64,000 nt of DNA from a virus (IMGVR_UViG_3300031994_002305:165073-229072); one strand, 5' to 3'. Positions 28,539 through 38,833 are shown, numbered from the stretch's first letter. Translations and numbers: made by a program. The notes: generated by a model from the letters alone, not told the origin.

Positions 28539-29156
28539 ATGAATACTTTTGTAATTAGTGAAGTAGTAGACCTTAATGAAGATAATTCATTTTCATTGGT
28601 TAATCCTGAGATGGAAAATAAAGGTACAGTAGTCATTAAAGATGGTAAGATTACTTTGTACTGGGAGAATGGAGATAAGGAGATTCAGTTCAATAATGAT
28701 TATGAATCATTGGTTGATTATGTTAATGATTGTGATCTGAAGTTTATTAAGCTACGTAATGGTAATCGTCGTTGGCATGAGTTTAATCCTAATCCAAAGT
28801 CAAGGAATATTGGAGACTGTACTCTTCGTGCATACTGTGCGGCATTCGATATTGATTGGAATAAAGCATTCGATATTGCTTCTCAGATTTCTAAGGAGAA
28901 TTCGTCTATGATTCAATATATGTTTAAGAAGATTATGACTGAACATTTTGGGTGTGAGGAAGATCCTGATTACAATAAGAAGAAGGTGAAGAATAAGGAC
29001 CGTATTACTGTTAATACATTTGCTATGACTCATCCTTATGGAACATATGTATTGGGTGTTCGTCAACATGCGGTAACAGTTAAGAATGGCGAGTATTGGG
29101 ATTCATGGGATTCTGGGGATAAGAAAGTAGATACTGTTTATATTGTTAAAAAGTAA
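28539..29156 (+). CDS. CHAP-domain-like cysteine/histidine peptidase (putative peptidoglycan hydrolase)
   Basis: 'RNIGDCTLRAYCAAF' supplies the Cys. 'VRQHAVTVKNGEYWDSWDSG' supplies the His with a downstream Glu/Asp, resembling the CHAP 'H-vaiV...g...v.E.N' motif. Confidence 0.35.
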   Translation: MNTFVISEVVDLNEDNSFSLVNPEMENKGTVVIKDGKITLYWENGDKEIQFNNDYESLVDYVNDCDLKFIKLRNGNRRWHEFNPNPKSRNIGDCTLRAYCAAFDIDWNKAFDIASQISKENSSMIQYMFKKIMTEHFGCEEDPDYNKKKVKNKDRITVNTFAMTHPYGTYVLGVRQHAVTVKNGEYWDSWDSGDKKVDTVYIVKK

Positions 29157-29262
29157 ATAACATGGAGTGATACAAAAATTAGAAAAACTCAAATAATATA
29201 TTTGTGATGAAGTAATTATTAATAATGATATTATAATCAGAATTTCCTGAAGAAGATTAACA

Positions 29263-29757
29263 ATGGCAGATAATTTTAGAAATAAGCAATGGTTTAAGAA
29301 TATGTCTCAAGAACGTAAAGATGAGATATGCAAGAACTTTGATATTGATGAAAAGACTTTACGTAAATGTGGTCGTGAGACTGATGACGGACGTATTGTA
29401 ATTGATTTACTACGAATTGACCATTTAATTCATTATCCTGAAGAATGGGATATTGTAAATAATGCCATTAAAGATCATATCTTAGATTATAAAGATTTGT
29501 TAAAGGAATGTTCCCCAGCTGATGATCTTATTGGTATTTTTGAAAATCTTTATAATCTTTTTGGGGAACATTCCTATTTAAAGTATAAGGATACTTTACA
29601 TAATAAAGTCCTGATGGATCAAACATATAAATGTTTGGTTAATGATATTGATGGATATATAGAATGTGATGAAGATAATTATAAAGCATATTTTGCTCAT
29701 AAGATTTATACACATTTGAAAGTTCTTTTGAAAACAGATTTGAATATAATTAAGTAG
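29263..29757 (+). CDS. hypothetical protein
   Basis: ORF, 164 aa. Confidence 0.45.
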   Translation: MADNFRNKQWFKNMSQERKDEICKNFDIDEKTLRKCGRETDDGRIVIDLLRIDHLIHYPEEWDIVNNAIKDHILDYKDLLKECSPADDLIGIFENLYNLFGEHSYLKYKDTLHNKVLMDQTYKCLVNDIDGYIECDEDNYKAYFAHKIYTHLKVLLKTDLNIIK

Positions 29758-29788
29758 ATTTCTATTTATTTATTTAATAAAATTTATA

Positions 29789-30016
29789 ATGAATTTTGAT
29801 AAAATAAAATATAGTGTAGTAGTTTATCCAAAATATGGAACATCTCCAGATGTAGGATCATATAATTCACCAGAAGATATAATTTTAAATATATATTATA
29901 TTCATTTTTATAATGATATTGATGAATTGTTAAAAAAGATAGAAAATTTAAAAAAAGGTGAAAGTATATTTGACAAACGCAAAGAACATTTTATAATTAT
30001 TACAAAAATTAATTAA
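29789..30016 (+). CDS. hypothetical small protein
   Basis: ORF, 75 aa. Confidence 0.3.
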   Translation: MNFDKIKYSVVVYPKYGTSPDVGSYNSPEDIILNIYYIHFYNDIDELLKKIENLKKGESIFDKRKEHFIIITKIN

Positions 30017-30021
30017 CTTAT

Positions 30022-30561
30022 ATGGCTTGGTATACAATAATTTTTTTGGCAACATTTGCTTTATTCACAGTTAAACTTTTGTTATCATGGTTTGCTGGTG
30101 ATATTGATATGGATGTAGATTTTGATGGTGATAGTGATTTTGATGCATCAAGTGCATTTTCATTTAAAGGCATTTTACATTTTCTTTTAGGATTTAGTTC
30201 TTATTTGTTCTTACGTGCTAATATGTCAGCTGTTGATAAAATTGGTGATGTAGCACAGTTTGGAATAATTGATTATATGTTTGCTACTATTATTGGTGTA
30301 ATTTTAATGTTTCTATTATTTTATGGATATAAACTTGCACTTAAAGCAAATAATGAAACAAAAAATCCTCAAGATTTAATTGATAATTCAAAAGGAACAA
30401 TCTATATTAATTTAGGTAATGGACAGTATTCTGTTCAGGCTCATACATTGGCCGGTACTGTTAATGTAACTGCATTTTATTCAGGAGATGATTTGGAAGT
30501 AGGCACAGAAGTTTCATTAATTAAAGAAGGCAATCAAATTTTAATAAATAAAGAAGATTAA
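30022..30561 (+). CDS. NfeD-like membrane protein (short form: N-terminal TM helices + C-terminal OB-fold)
   Basis: It has three hydrophobic segments. The C-terminal beta-rich 'GTVNVTAFYSGDDLEVGTEVSLIKEGNQILINKED' is typical of the NfeD/YuaF C-domain. It lies immediately upstream of a flotillin gene, as in yuaF-floT operons. Confidence 0.45.
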   Translation: MAWYTIIFLATFALFTVKLLLSWFAGDIDMDVDFDGDSDFDASSAFSFKGILHFLLGFSSYLFLRANMSAVDKIGDVAQFGIIDYMFATIIGVILMFLLFYGYKLALKANNETKNPQDLIDNSKGTIYINLGNGQYSVQAHTLAGTVNVTAFYSGDDLEVGTEVSLIKEGNQILINKED

Positions 30562-30731
30562 TGAAAATTAAGGATATTTTTTGGAATAATACTGTTAAGT
30601 ATACTGCTTTAGGCATTGGCGCGGTTGGAGCCATTTTGATAGGTGGAAAATTATTATATGATTATTCAATGTATAGTAATTTGAAATATGTAAAGAAACA
30701 GATAAAGAAAATTAACGATGAAGATAACTGA
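30561..30731 (+). CDS. small membrane protein, 56 aa (not in track)
   Basis: Its ATG overlaps the NfeD stop. TM segment 'YTALGIGAVGAILIGGKLL'. It overlaps the alternative small ORF 30718-30909 by 14 nt. Confidence 0.2.
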   Translation: MKIKDIFWNNTVKYTALGIGAVGAILIGGKLLYDYSMYSNLKYVKKQIKKINDEDN

Positions 30732-30909
30732 ATTAATTAAATTTTTATGGGATGGTGTAGATATACCAATTACCAAAGAAGAAATTCAACATTCGGTTAA
30801 TGTACTTACTTTTGGTCTTAAAGAAGAGATTCAAAATGATAATGACTTACAAAATGTGAATATTAGATATAAACATAATTGTGATAACGAATATTTTATA
30901 GAAGAATAA
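30718..30909 (+). CDS. hypothetical small protein
   Basis: Track ORF, 63 aa. Confidence 0.25.
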   Translation: MKITELIKFLWDGVDIPITKEEIQHSVNVLTFGLKEEIQNDNDLQNVNIRYKHNCDNEYFIEE

Positions 30910-30940
30910 TTTTATTAACTTTTAATTTAAACATTAATTT

Positions 30941-33067
30941 ATGACAGGAACAATTTTAACATTGTGTTTAATTGGTGGTGGTGTACTTTTGTTTGTACTC
31001 ACAATTTGGGGAATTCTTTCACGTTATCGCCGTTCAGCACCTGATGAACTTTTGGTTGTGTTCGGTAAATCTGGAAAGATTACAATTCAGGAAAAGGTAT
31101 TTGATAATCCTGAAGATCCTACAAAGTTTAAGATGGTTGACAAGACCGTAACAGTACCTTCTAAGATTATTCAGGGTGGTGGTACATTTGTTTGGCCTAT
31201 TATTCAGGATTGGAAGAAAATGTCAATGAAGCCATTACAGATTAGTATTACTGTTGATGGTATTGATTCTCAAGCTATTCCTATGCACTTGCCTGTAGTA
31301 TTGACTACTGCTATCGCAAGAGATAAGGAGATTCAACAAAATGCCGCAACACGTTTCTTAAGCGTAACAGCTGCTGAAGCACAATCGCAAATTTCTGAAA
31401 TCCTTAAGGGTGAGACTCGTGCAATTATGGCCACAATGACCATTGAACAGATTAACGCTGACCGTACGATTTTCCTTGGTAAGGTTCGTGAATCTCTTGA
31501 ACAGGAATTAGCAAAGGTTGGTTATGAATTAACTAACATTAATATTTCGGAAATTACTGATGACGCTAACTATATTAAGAACTTAGGTCAGAAGGCTGCT
31601 ACTAAGGCTCAGGCATCTGCTGAAGCAGATATTGCTGAACAGAAGAAACAAGGAAATATTAAAATTGCAAATACTAAGAAGGAAGAGGAGATTGCTGTAG
31701 CAGATGCTGAACGTGAGAAGCAGGTTACTGTAAGTCAAACTCGTCAGGAACAGGAAGTAAAGGTTGCTGCAATTGAGAGGGATAAGCAAATTCAATTGGC
31801 TGAAGCAGAAAAGGAACGTGAATCTGGAATTGCTTCTCAAGAAGCTGAAAAGGCTGCTAATATTGCTGAGGCTCAAGCAATGGCAGAATCTAAGAAAGCT
31901 GAAGCTAAGGCAAAACAGGTAGCAAATGTATCTGCTGCTGATGCTGATGCTGCATCTAAACAAGCTGAGGCTGATGCTCGTAAGGTAGCTGCTGTGGCTG
32001 CTCGTAAGGCAGAAGCCGAATCTAATAAGGCAAAATCTGAAGCTGACCAGGCTAAGGCTGTTGCTACTGCACAAGCTGATGCTGAGGCAACTGAGAATGA
32101 GCAGGAAGCTTTGAAGCAGACTCGTATTGCTCAGGCTAACCAACAGAAGGAAGCTGAAATTATCAAGGCTACCCAAGAGAAGGAAGCTAAGCAGGCTGAG
32201 TATGAATCTAATAAGAGACAGAAAAAAGCTGAACAAGACAAGAAGGCTGGTGTCGCAGAGCAGATGTCAAAGATTGAAGTAGCACAAGCTCGTGCTAAGG
32301 CTGCACAGGCTGAAGCTGATGCTGTAAAGGTCGGTGAGACTGCTAAGGTTGAAGCTGAGATGTCAGTTAAGAAAACACAGCAGGAACGTCAGTTGGAAGT
32401 TAATGAAGCTGAGGCTAAGGCTAATGAAGCTAAGTTGAATGCTACTGAAATTATTCCTGCACAGAAGGCTAAGGAACGTGTAGTTATTGAGGCTCAGGCC
32501 ACAAAGCAGCAAGCTGAACTTGAAGCTGAAGCTATTAAGGCAAAGATTCTTCGTGAGGCTGAGGCTGAAGCAGAAAAGATTCGTTTGGCAAAGAATGCTG
32601 AAGCTGAAGGTGAAAAGAATATTTTGATGGCTCAGGCTGAAGGTAAGAGAGCTTCCCTATTGGCTGAGGCTGAGGCAGAACAGCAGAAAGCATTGGCTCC
32701 TGCTATGGCTCTTGAACGAATGGTTGCAGCTGTAGGTGGTAATCCTGATTTGGTTGTACAATATAAGATGGTTGACCAGTATAAGGGTATTGCTGAGGCT
32801 CAGGCTAAGGTACTTGAACATGTACAACTCGGTAATGTTACTGTTTACGGTGATAAGAATACGGGTGCTGACTTTGCTAAGAGCTTCGTATCTAATTTCG
32901 CTCCTGCATTGAGTATGATTAATGATGGTGTTAAGGATCAATTCAAGGGTCTATTCGGAATTGGTCAAAACAAACAGGAAACACTTCCTACACCTGAGGA
33001 ACCAAAATCAACAAAGGATAAGAAAAAGACAACAAAGAAGGATACTGACTTCGAAGATGTAGAGTAA
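30941..33067 (+). CDS. flotillin-like SPFH/band-7 protein with very long Ala/Glu/Lys-rich coiled-coil region
   Basis: N-terminus has a TM segment followed by 'SRYRRSAPDELLVVFGKSGK', the flotillin YqiK/FloT signature ('RY..a.P.e.lvv.G'). The SPFH domain is followed by roughly 400 aa of EA-repeat coiled coil. GC is markedly higher (about 45%) than the surroundings. Confidence 0.6.
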   Translation: MTGTILTLCLIGGGVLLFVLTIWGILSRYRRSAPDELLVVFGKSGKITIQEKVFDNPEDPTKFKMVDKTVTVPSKIIQGGGTFVWPIIQDWKKMSMKPLQISITVDGIDSQAIPMHLPVVLTTAIARDKEIQQNAATRFLSVTAAEAQSQISEILKGETRAIMATMTIEQINADRTIFLGKVRESLEQELAKVGYELTNINISEITDDANYIKNLGQKAATKAQASAEADIAEQKKQGNIKIANTKKEEEIAVADAEREKQVTVSQTRQEQEVKVAAIERDKQIQLAEAEKERESGIASQEAEKAANIAEAQAMAESKKAEAKAKQVANVSAADADAASKQAEADARKVAAVAARKAEAESNKAKSEADQAKAVATAQADAEATENEQEALKQTRIAQANQQKEAEIIKATQEKEAKQAEYESNKRQKKAEQDKKAGVAEQMSKIEVAQARAKAAQAEADAVKVGETAKVEAEMSVKKTQQERQLEVNEAEAKANEAKLNATEIIPAQKAKERVVIEAQATKQQAELEAEAIKAKILREAEAEAEKIRLAKNAEAEGEKNILMAQAEGKRASLLAEAEAEQQKALAPAMALERMVAAVGGNPDLVVQYKMVDQYKGIAEAQAKVLEHVQLGNVTVYGDKNTGADFAKSFVSNFAPALSMINDGVKDQFKGLFGIGQNKQETLPTPEEPKSTKDKKKTTKKDTDFEDVE
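31560..32700 (+). repeat. low-complexity GCT/GAA-rich coding repeats (flotillin EA-rich coiled coil)
   Basis: Repeated 'gctgaagct / aaggct' units. They cause the spurious antisense ORFs 31583-32236 and 32657-32941. Confidence 0.5.
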
Positions 33068-33087
33068 TATCTATATATATTTATGAG

Positions 33088-33118
33088 AAGGTTACTGATT
33101 AGTTTCAGTAACCTTTTT
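33088..33118 (+). terminator. rho-independent terminator (aaggttactga-ttagtt-tcagtaacctt + TTTTT)
   Basis: Perfect 11-bp stem with a T5 tail, directly after the flotillin gene. Confidence 0.65.
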
Positions 33119-33186
33119 GTTGTTTATAACATTGATTCATAATTTTTTATTTTATTTTTACTAAATAATATATGATAATTTAAATT

Positions 33187-33852
33187 ATGAATTATGAAGG
33201 AAAATTTGGTACAGTAGATCCACAAGAAGAAGGTAATGCTTTAGATAATTTATTTATAAAAAGTGATGCTCCAGATTTGGCTGATACTGATGAAGCTTTA
33301 GAAACTCCAATATTAGTTATAGATATGGATGATTTAGATAAACGTACATTAGCACGTGCAACTGATATAACTAATAAATTGGCAGCTTATTATTTTGATC
33401 AAAGATATATTGACAACCATCCTTATGTTACCTCAAAAATTACACAAGAAATTGATAATATAAGAAGATTATTAAAGATGCTTTCAGTTAATGAAAAAGC
33501 ACAAGATTCGTTAATATTATCAATTACTTCTAATGCCGCTAAAGGTACTCTTTATACATCATTGACATCTTTACAAAATTCAATGCTTTCAATGCAAGCA
33601 CAGTTGAATTCTTTAACAGAAAAATTAGAAAATATCTTTAAGGAAATGCAAGAAAATTGCGATAAAACATTCCAAGAAAAAGAAAAAGAACAATCAGAAG
33701 ATGGTTCAATGGTTGTTCGTGGTTCACGTGACTTTATTAAGCAAATTGAACAATCTTTAATTGCAGCATCTAAAGAAACTAAAAAAGATGAAAATAAACC
33801 AATGACTGATGAACAATTAGATGCAATTGAATATGCAAAAATCGTTGGTTAA
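33187..33852 (+). CDS. acidic coiled-coil protein
   Basis: ORF of 221 aa, Asp/Glu-rich with predicted coiled coil. Confidence 0.45.
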   Translation: MNYEGKFGTVDPQEEGNALDNLFIKSDAPDLADTDEALETPILVIDMDDLDKRTLARATDITNKLAAYYFDQRYIDNHPYVTSKITQEIDNIRRLLKMLSVNEKAQDSLILSITSNAAKGTLYTSLTSLQNSMLSMQAQLNSLTEKLENIFKEMQENCDKTFQEKEKEQSEDGSMVVRGSRDFIKQIEQSLIAASKETKKDENKPMTDEQLDAIEYAKIVG

Positions 33853-33894
33853 TAATATTATTTTTAATAAATAAGAAATAAGTTTATATTAAAT

Positions 33895-36800
33895 ATGGCA
33901 AATTATGTCGATAATGATGTTAATTTTACTGGTATAAAAAATCCAAAAATTCAAATTGGTGGAATAATAGGAGTTGATAAATATAGTACTGATGCAATTG
34001 GAAATATCGTACAAAATGTTCCAGTAATTAATGCTATTGACATTGATTGGAATAATGCTTCAGCTAATGGTATTGGACCTATTAAAACAACTGGTGATTT
34101 AATTAAAGCCATAGCAAATGGTGGTGGAGGAGATCCAAATTCCATACCAATTTATGATACTGATACAGTAGAAAATTTACGAACAAATAACCAATTACCT
34201 AATAAATTTATTAGTGTTGATAATTCTTTAGATTCAAACAACAGTTTAAATATGATTCATTATTTATTATCTGTTGTTAATGGATTACAACAAGAAATAT
34301 CAAAAATCAAGAATACATTTAATAAAGGTATATATTCGTATAATGGAGAAGCTACATATATGTCAACAACAGTTGCACAATATGGGGATGACGAAGAACC
34401 ATTATGGGCAATTGATGAATCAGAATTAGATGAAATTGAAGGATTTGAATTTGATTATGAAAATAATAATAATTTTGAAGATAATGGATTATTAGCTAAT
34501 CAAAAAGAAAATAGAATGTATGCTTATATTACATCTTCTTCAAATATTAATATTGTATTAAGATCAAAAACTAATAATATATTTGAATTTAATTTAACGG
34601 ATTATATTACATGTGATAAATGTAATATAATGATATTAATTAGTCGTAAGCCAGAAAATAAAGAATATCCTATTAATTTTATTTACATAGATGTTACTGA
34701 TTATGTAACAAATAAAAAACTATTATCGGGATATATTAATAATGATAAACAAATAATCATAAATGAAACTGAAGTAGGATCAAATTATTATTTTAGTAAT
34801 ATTAATTTACTTAGTGGAAATTATGAAAAGTTTAACATATATGTTCAAAATAGATCTTTTGGTAATGAAATAGTTCCAGTTACACCAGATGAAGATGAAA
34901 CTTCATATAGAGTTGCTCACATAGCAATAAGAACTGTTAAAAACGCCAATATATTAAAGAAAATAAGAGAACAACTTGTTAATGGCGAATTTATTGTTAA
35001 TGAAGAAACAGAAAAATTATATTTAAAGATAAATAATAAAATTATAAATATAGGTGCTGCAAGTGGTGGTGATGACATGAACACAGATCCTGTTAACCCA
35101 GATCCTGACACACCAGACGATACAGATAATATGGAAAATTACGAAATTATTAAAGCTCTTGAAACACAAGGAGTATTATCACTTATATTCAAGAATGCTT
35201 CAATTGTTGACATATCACAAAAATATGATCCTTCCAATATTGAATCATATAAACTTAATAGTATTGGTTCTGTAAGATTTACTCACGAAGATACTGGTAA
35301 AACATATGAATATAAAACTAATGCTTATGGTGAACTGGAAAGTAAGTTAATTGAAGATTCAACAACACTTGCTGAAAAATTACAAGGAACTACATTATTC
35401 AGTGATTTTAAATCATCAAGAGGATTCGTTGGTCAATTAGGTCATGAATTAGCACAACGTGATGGTAAATCATTATCATATAATGCAGATTATGGTTTAT
35501 ATGCTGACCGTATAAAGATTGCATCAATTTATGGACCACTTGATACTGATGTAACTTATGGATGTTCACATGCATTTATTGAATTAGAAAATACAAGTAA
35601 TATTGATTTTAATTTACAAGGATGTCAATTGCATTATATTAAAAAATCAGATGAATCTAATTATTATGTTAAATATTCATTAGATTTAACTGGTATTATT
35701 CCTGCAGGAAGTACTTATTTGATAAGAGGTAAAAAGTATATTAAAAACGATGAAGATTCAAATTGTTTTATTCATGTTAATAACTATGACCAAGAATGGT
35801 ATATTAATGGAGAATTATTAGATTTAACAATGAATAAGAATAATGGGTCATATGTTTTAATTATGTCATATCATGGAAAAATTAAAACAGCAAATTCATA
35901 TATTGATTTCTTGTCTCCTACAGATATGTTATATAAATTAGGTTTAGATATTAATGAATCTACAATTGCAGCAAATACAGATTTAGGATTATATTTAGGT
36001 ACAACAGAAAAGAAAGGAAGTTTAACAATATGTGCACCTAATGATGGTGAAACAAAAATAGGTGAAATTATTTGTCAGGATGCAAACGATAAAGCTATTA
36101 AAAATGCACCATTAGTTTATGCTAAAGGTTTTATTGATGCATTAGCATTTAATAAAACTGCATTCGGTATTACATCAGCATTTGATAGCTTATCATCTAA
36201 CACAATATGTCGTGGCACATATGTATTAGATCCAGCAAAGCAAGCTTATAACTCTTTTACAATGAGAGATAGTTCTAGAAACAGATGGGCTAAAAAGGGT
36301 AATGACTATCAATATTTAAAATTAGAAAAAAGATATATAGAATTTCCTAAGACTATAACAACTCGTGATGTTGATTATTATGCACCTAAAGCTTCTTTTG
36401 AACATAAAAATGTAATAACAGATAAAACACATTTTGATAAGAAAAAACCTAATGCAGTAACAGTATCTTATGGTGCAAATGTTTATACAACTAGATGTTT
36501 TAACTGGTTATCAGCCGCTAATTTAGATGAATATGTTTGGATATATGATTCTAATGGAAATCAATTAGGAGTATTTGAATCATATAAGAAAGTAGATACT
36601 GCTATAACACAATCTAATTCATTCCCACGTAGAAAAGAATTTTCAGTAGATGTTAATAATATTGTCTATTGTGATTATAGAATTAATGATGTTATAGATA
36701 GAAGTAATAAAAACAAAGATGTAACATACAAAAAGTATGCAACAGCTCCACGTGCATGTGGTATATTCGCAGGATCAAATGATTTCTTTGTATCTCATAA

Positions 36801-38739
36801 ATGTATTATAGATATTGTTGAAAATCCTGTTAATGAAGAAACAACATACTCATATATTGTCGGTCAAGCTGATAAGAATAAAAAACCTTTAGAAGGATAT
36901 TGTTCTGAAAGAAGATACTTTACATTATATCCTGATACATATACACCAGTTATATATCAAATAACAGACCAGCAAGGATTCCATTGGATTGAATATCAAG
37001 TTTGGGCTGCTGCTGCTGAAAGTTTAAATCAAAAGATTATTTATGAAATGGATGCGGCACGTGATGGAAATGGACATGGTATTATGCCTATCATTATTAA
37101 TACTGGTGATGCTACACAATCAGGTTCTCGTATTAATGAATGGTTAGATTATTTTATTGCTGGTGATTGCTTATTTAATCATTTTGAACAAAATAATATT
37201 GTTGGTAATAATGACTTAAATGGTACTGATATTCAGGCATTAGGTACGGGTGATGACCCAGGTAAATCAAATGCTTATTATTATTACTTATTTAATTGTA
37301 ATGAAGTCAATAATTTCTTTGGTGGTGATGTAAATCCACATTATCCAATTGTAAATAATACTTATGTACCATCATTATATTATTTAGACACTAATAATTT
37401 TAGATTAGTAATGTGTAATTCTGAATTAACTCCTATTAACTGTCGTGATTGGTTTAATTTAAGATGTACTCCATATGAAGGTGATAATACAGAATATACA
37501 ATTAATATTTATACAGGATTTAATTTAGTTGGTAGTAAAACAGATAGTCCTGAAAAATATGTGGCTGATGCATTTGGATTTACACCTATTTATACATTAT
37601 TATGGCATGCATTTAATAAATTAGAAAATGGTAATCGTAAATGCATAGCAGCTTGTCATGAAATGCCATTTACAGTTGTAACAAATGCATGTTGTTCAGA
37701 ACCAAATCAATTAGAAAGATTTAGAAGTATGTCTGATGCTGCATCTCCAGGTAAATTAATTGGTAGTCATATGAATCAAATGGAGCCAACAGAAAATGGA
37801 GCAGGTGTTTATTGGTTTAGTAGATTACTTGAAAGTATGGGAGTTAAATTATGTATTGGTGGTCATAAACATACATACGCAATATCATACCCAGTTAGAG
37901 AATATTATAAATATTATAAAAATGGTACTTTAGTTAGTAGTTTAACAGATGGTCCAATGCAAATGGATGAAACATTGGCATTCGAAGAACGTGATTCAAT
38001 AAACGATTATAAAGTTCTTTGGAAATGGAAAGCTTCAGCTCCAACAAATAATCGTAATGTAGAATACCCTTGGTGTGAAACTGCATTAAAGGATAGTAAG
38101 GAAAAACTTTATTTAGATGGTGATAAGAATACATCTGAAACAACAGGTATGATTAACTGGTCTAAATTACCAATAACATATATGGAAAATACAATAAATT
38201 CAGATCTTTTACCAATTAATAAATTTTATCCTTCTAAACCATTATACGTAGATGACGGATATCGTGATAGTGCAGTTACTTATATAATGTGTCAAGCAAC
38301 TGGATATAAATTAACATCAAATAAAGAATTACCTACTCCTAACCAAAAATTCTCAAGAATTATACCAGTAACAAGTAATGGTTCTGATGGAACAGATACG
38401 CCAGATAATAACCAAAAATTCCCAATGTATATTAAATATGTTGTAGATAATTTAGGACAATGCAATGTATATTTAGCAAGAGCAAAAAATATATTTAATG
38501 GTAAGTATAAATTTACACAAATTGCTTATGGAACTAAAGATATTGAATGGACATATTTAATTGATAAAGCTCAATATGTTAAGAGTTCTGATGAATCAAA
38601 ATTGGATGTAGTTTCAAAATATAATGATTCAACAACACAAGCAGAAATAGATGAAGTTAAACTAAGTGCTGAAACTTACGATAACTATGGATTATGGTTA
38701 AAATCTGAAAAGAAAATGATTCCAACAATTAATATTTAA
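33895..38739 (+). CDS. giant virion structural protein (1614 aa), putative tail fibre/baseplate-associated
   Basis: Very long N/Y/T-rich ORF. It is terminated by a strong hairpin at 38762 and sits next to a 2830-aa ORF and the capsid/tail module. No enzymatic motif found. Confidence 0.55.
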   Translation: MANYVDNDVNFTGIKNPKIQIGGIIGVDKYSTDAIGNIVQNVPVINAIDIDWNNASANGIGPIKTTGDLIKAIANGGGGDPNSIPIYDTDTVENLRTNNQLPNKFISVDNSLDSNNSLNMIHYLLSVVNGLQQEISKIKNTFNKGIYSYNGEATYMSTTVAQYGDDEEPLWAIDESELDEIEGFEFDYENNNNFEDNGLLANQKENRMYAYITSSSNINIVLRSKTNNIFEFNLTDYITCDKCNIMILISRKPENKEYPINFIYIDVTDYVTNKKLLSGYINNDKQIIINETEVGSNYYFSNINLLSGNYEKFNIYVQNRSFGNEIVPVTPDEDETSYRVAHIAIRTVKNANILKKIREQLVNGEFIVNEETEKLYLKINNKIINIGAASGGDDMNTDPVNPDPDTPDDTDNMENYEIIKALETQGVLSLIFKNASIVDISQKYDPSNIESYKLNSIGSVRFTHEDTGKTYEYKTNAYGELESKLIEDSTTLAEKLQGTTLFSDFKSSRGFVGQLGHELAQRDGKSLSYNADYGLYADRIKIASIYGPLDTDVTYGCSHAFIELENTSNIDFNLQGCQLHYIKKSDESNYYVKYSLDLTGIIPAGSTYLIRGKKYIKNDEDSNCFIHVNNYDQEWYINGELLDLTMNKNNGSYVLIMSYHGKIKTANSYIDFLSPTDMLYKLGLDINESTIAANTDLGLYLGTTEKKGSLTICAPNDGETKIGEIICQDANDKAIKNAPLVYAKGFIDALAFNKTAFGITSAFDSLSSNTICRGTYVLDPAKQAYNSFTMRDSSRNRWAKKGNDYQYLKLEKRYIEFPKTITTRDVDYYAPKASFEHKNVITDKTHFDKKKPNAVTVSYGANVYTTRCFNWLSAANLDEYVWIYDSNGNQLGVFESYKKVDTAITQSNSFPRRKEFSVDVNNIVYCDYRINDVIDRSNKNKDVTYKKYATAPRACGIFAGSNDFFVSHKCIIDIVENPVNEETTYSYIVGQADKNKKPLEGYCSERRYFTLYPDTYTPVIYQITDQQGFHWIEYQVWAAAAESLNQKIIYEMDAARDGNGHGIMPIIINTGDATQSGSRINEWLDYFIAGDCLFNHFEQNNIVGNNDLNGTDIQALGTGDDPGKSNAYYYYLFNCNEVNNFFGGDVNPHYPIVNNTYVPSLYYLDTNNFRLVMCNSELTPINCRDWFNLRCTPYEGDNTEYTINIYTGFNLVGSKTDSPEKYVADAFGFTPIYTLLWHAFNKLENGNRKCIAACHEMPFTVVTNACCSEPNQLERFRSMSDAASPGKLIGSHMNQMEPTENGAGVYWFSRLLESMGVKLCIGGHKHTYAISYPVREYYKYYKNGTLVSSLTDGPMQMDETLAFEERDSINDYKVLWKWKASAPTNNRNVEYPWCETALKDSKEKLYLDGDKNTSETTGMINWSKLPITYMENTINSDLLPINKFYPSKPLYVDDGYRDSAVTYIMCQATGYKLTSNKELPTPNQKFSRIIPVTSNGSDGTDTPDNNQKFPMYIKYVVDNLGQCNVYLARAKNIFNGKYKFTQIAYGTKDIEWTYLIDKAQYVKSSDESKLDVVSKYNDSTTQAEIDEVKLSAETYDNYGLWLKSEKKMIPTINI

Positions 38740-38761
38740 ATCAATTTTTATTGATAAAAAA

Positions 38762-38798
38762 AGAACCTATTAAAATATAATAATAGGTTCTTTTTTAT
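38762..38798 (+). terminator. rho-independent terminator (agaacctatta-aaatataa-taataggttct + TTTTTTATTTTT)
   Basis: Perfect 11-bp stem with a T-rich tail. Confidence 0.6.
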
Positions 38799-38833
38799 TT
38801 TTAATTATATAAGAAATTAACATATATTTTATA

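Noticed and set aside
30022-30561. 'DFDGD' in the 30022 membrane protein as a possible two-barrel RNA polymerase metal-binding motif (crAss-like virion RNAP).
   Set aside because: It occurs in a short acidic loop of a small multi-TM NfeD-like protein. The phage has a contractile-tail module (sheath/tube), not crAss-like architecture. No DPBB context is present.
31583-32941. 217-aa and 94-aa minus-strand ORFs opposite the flotillin gene.
   Set aside because: They are reverse complements of the GCT/GAA/AAG coding repeats, give Leu/Ser/Phe low-complexity translations, and are artefacts of repeat periodicity.
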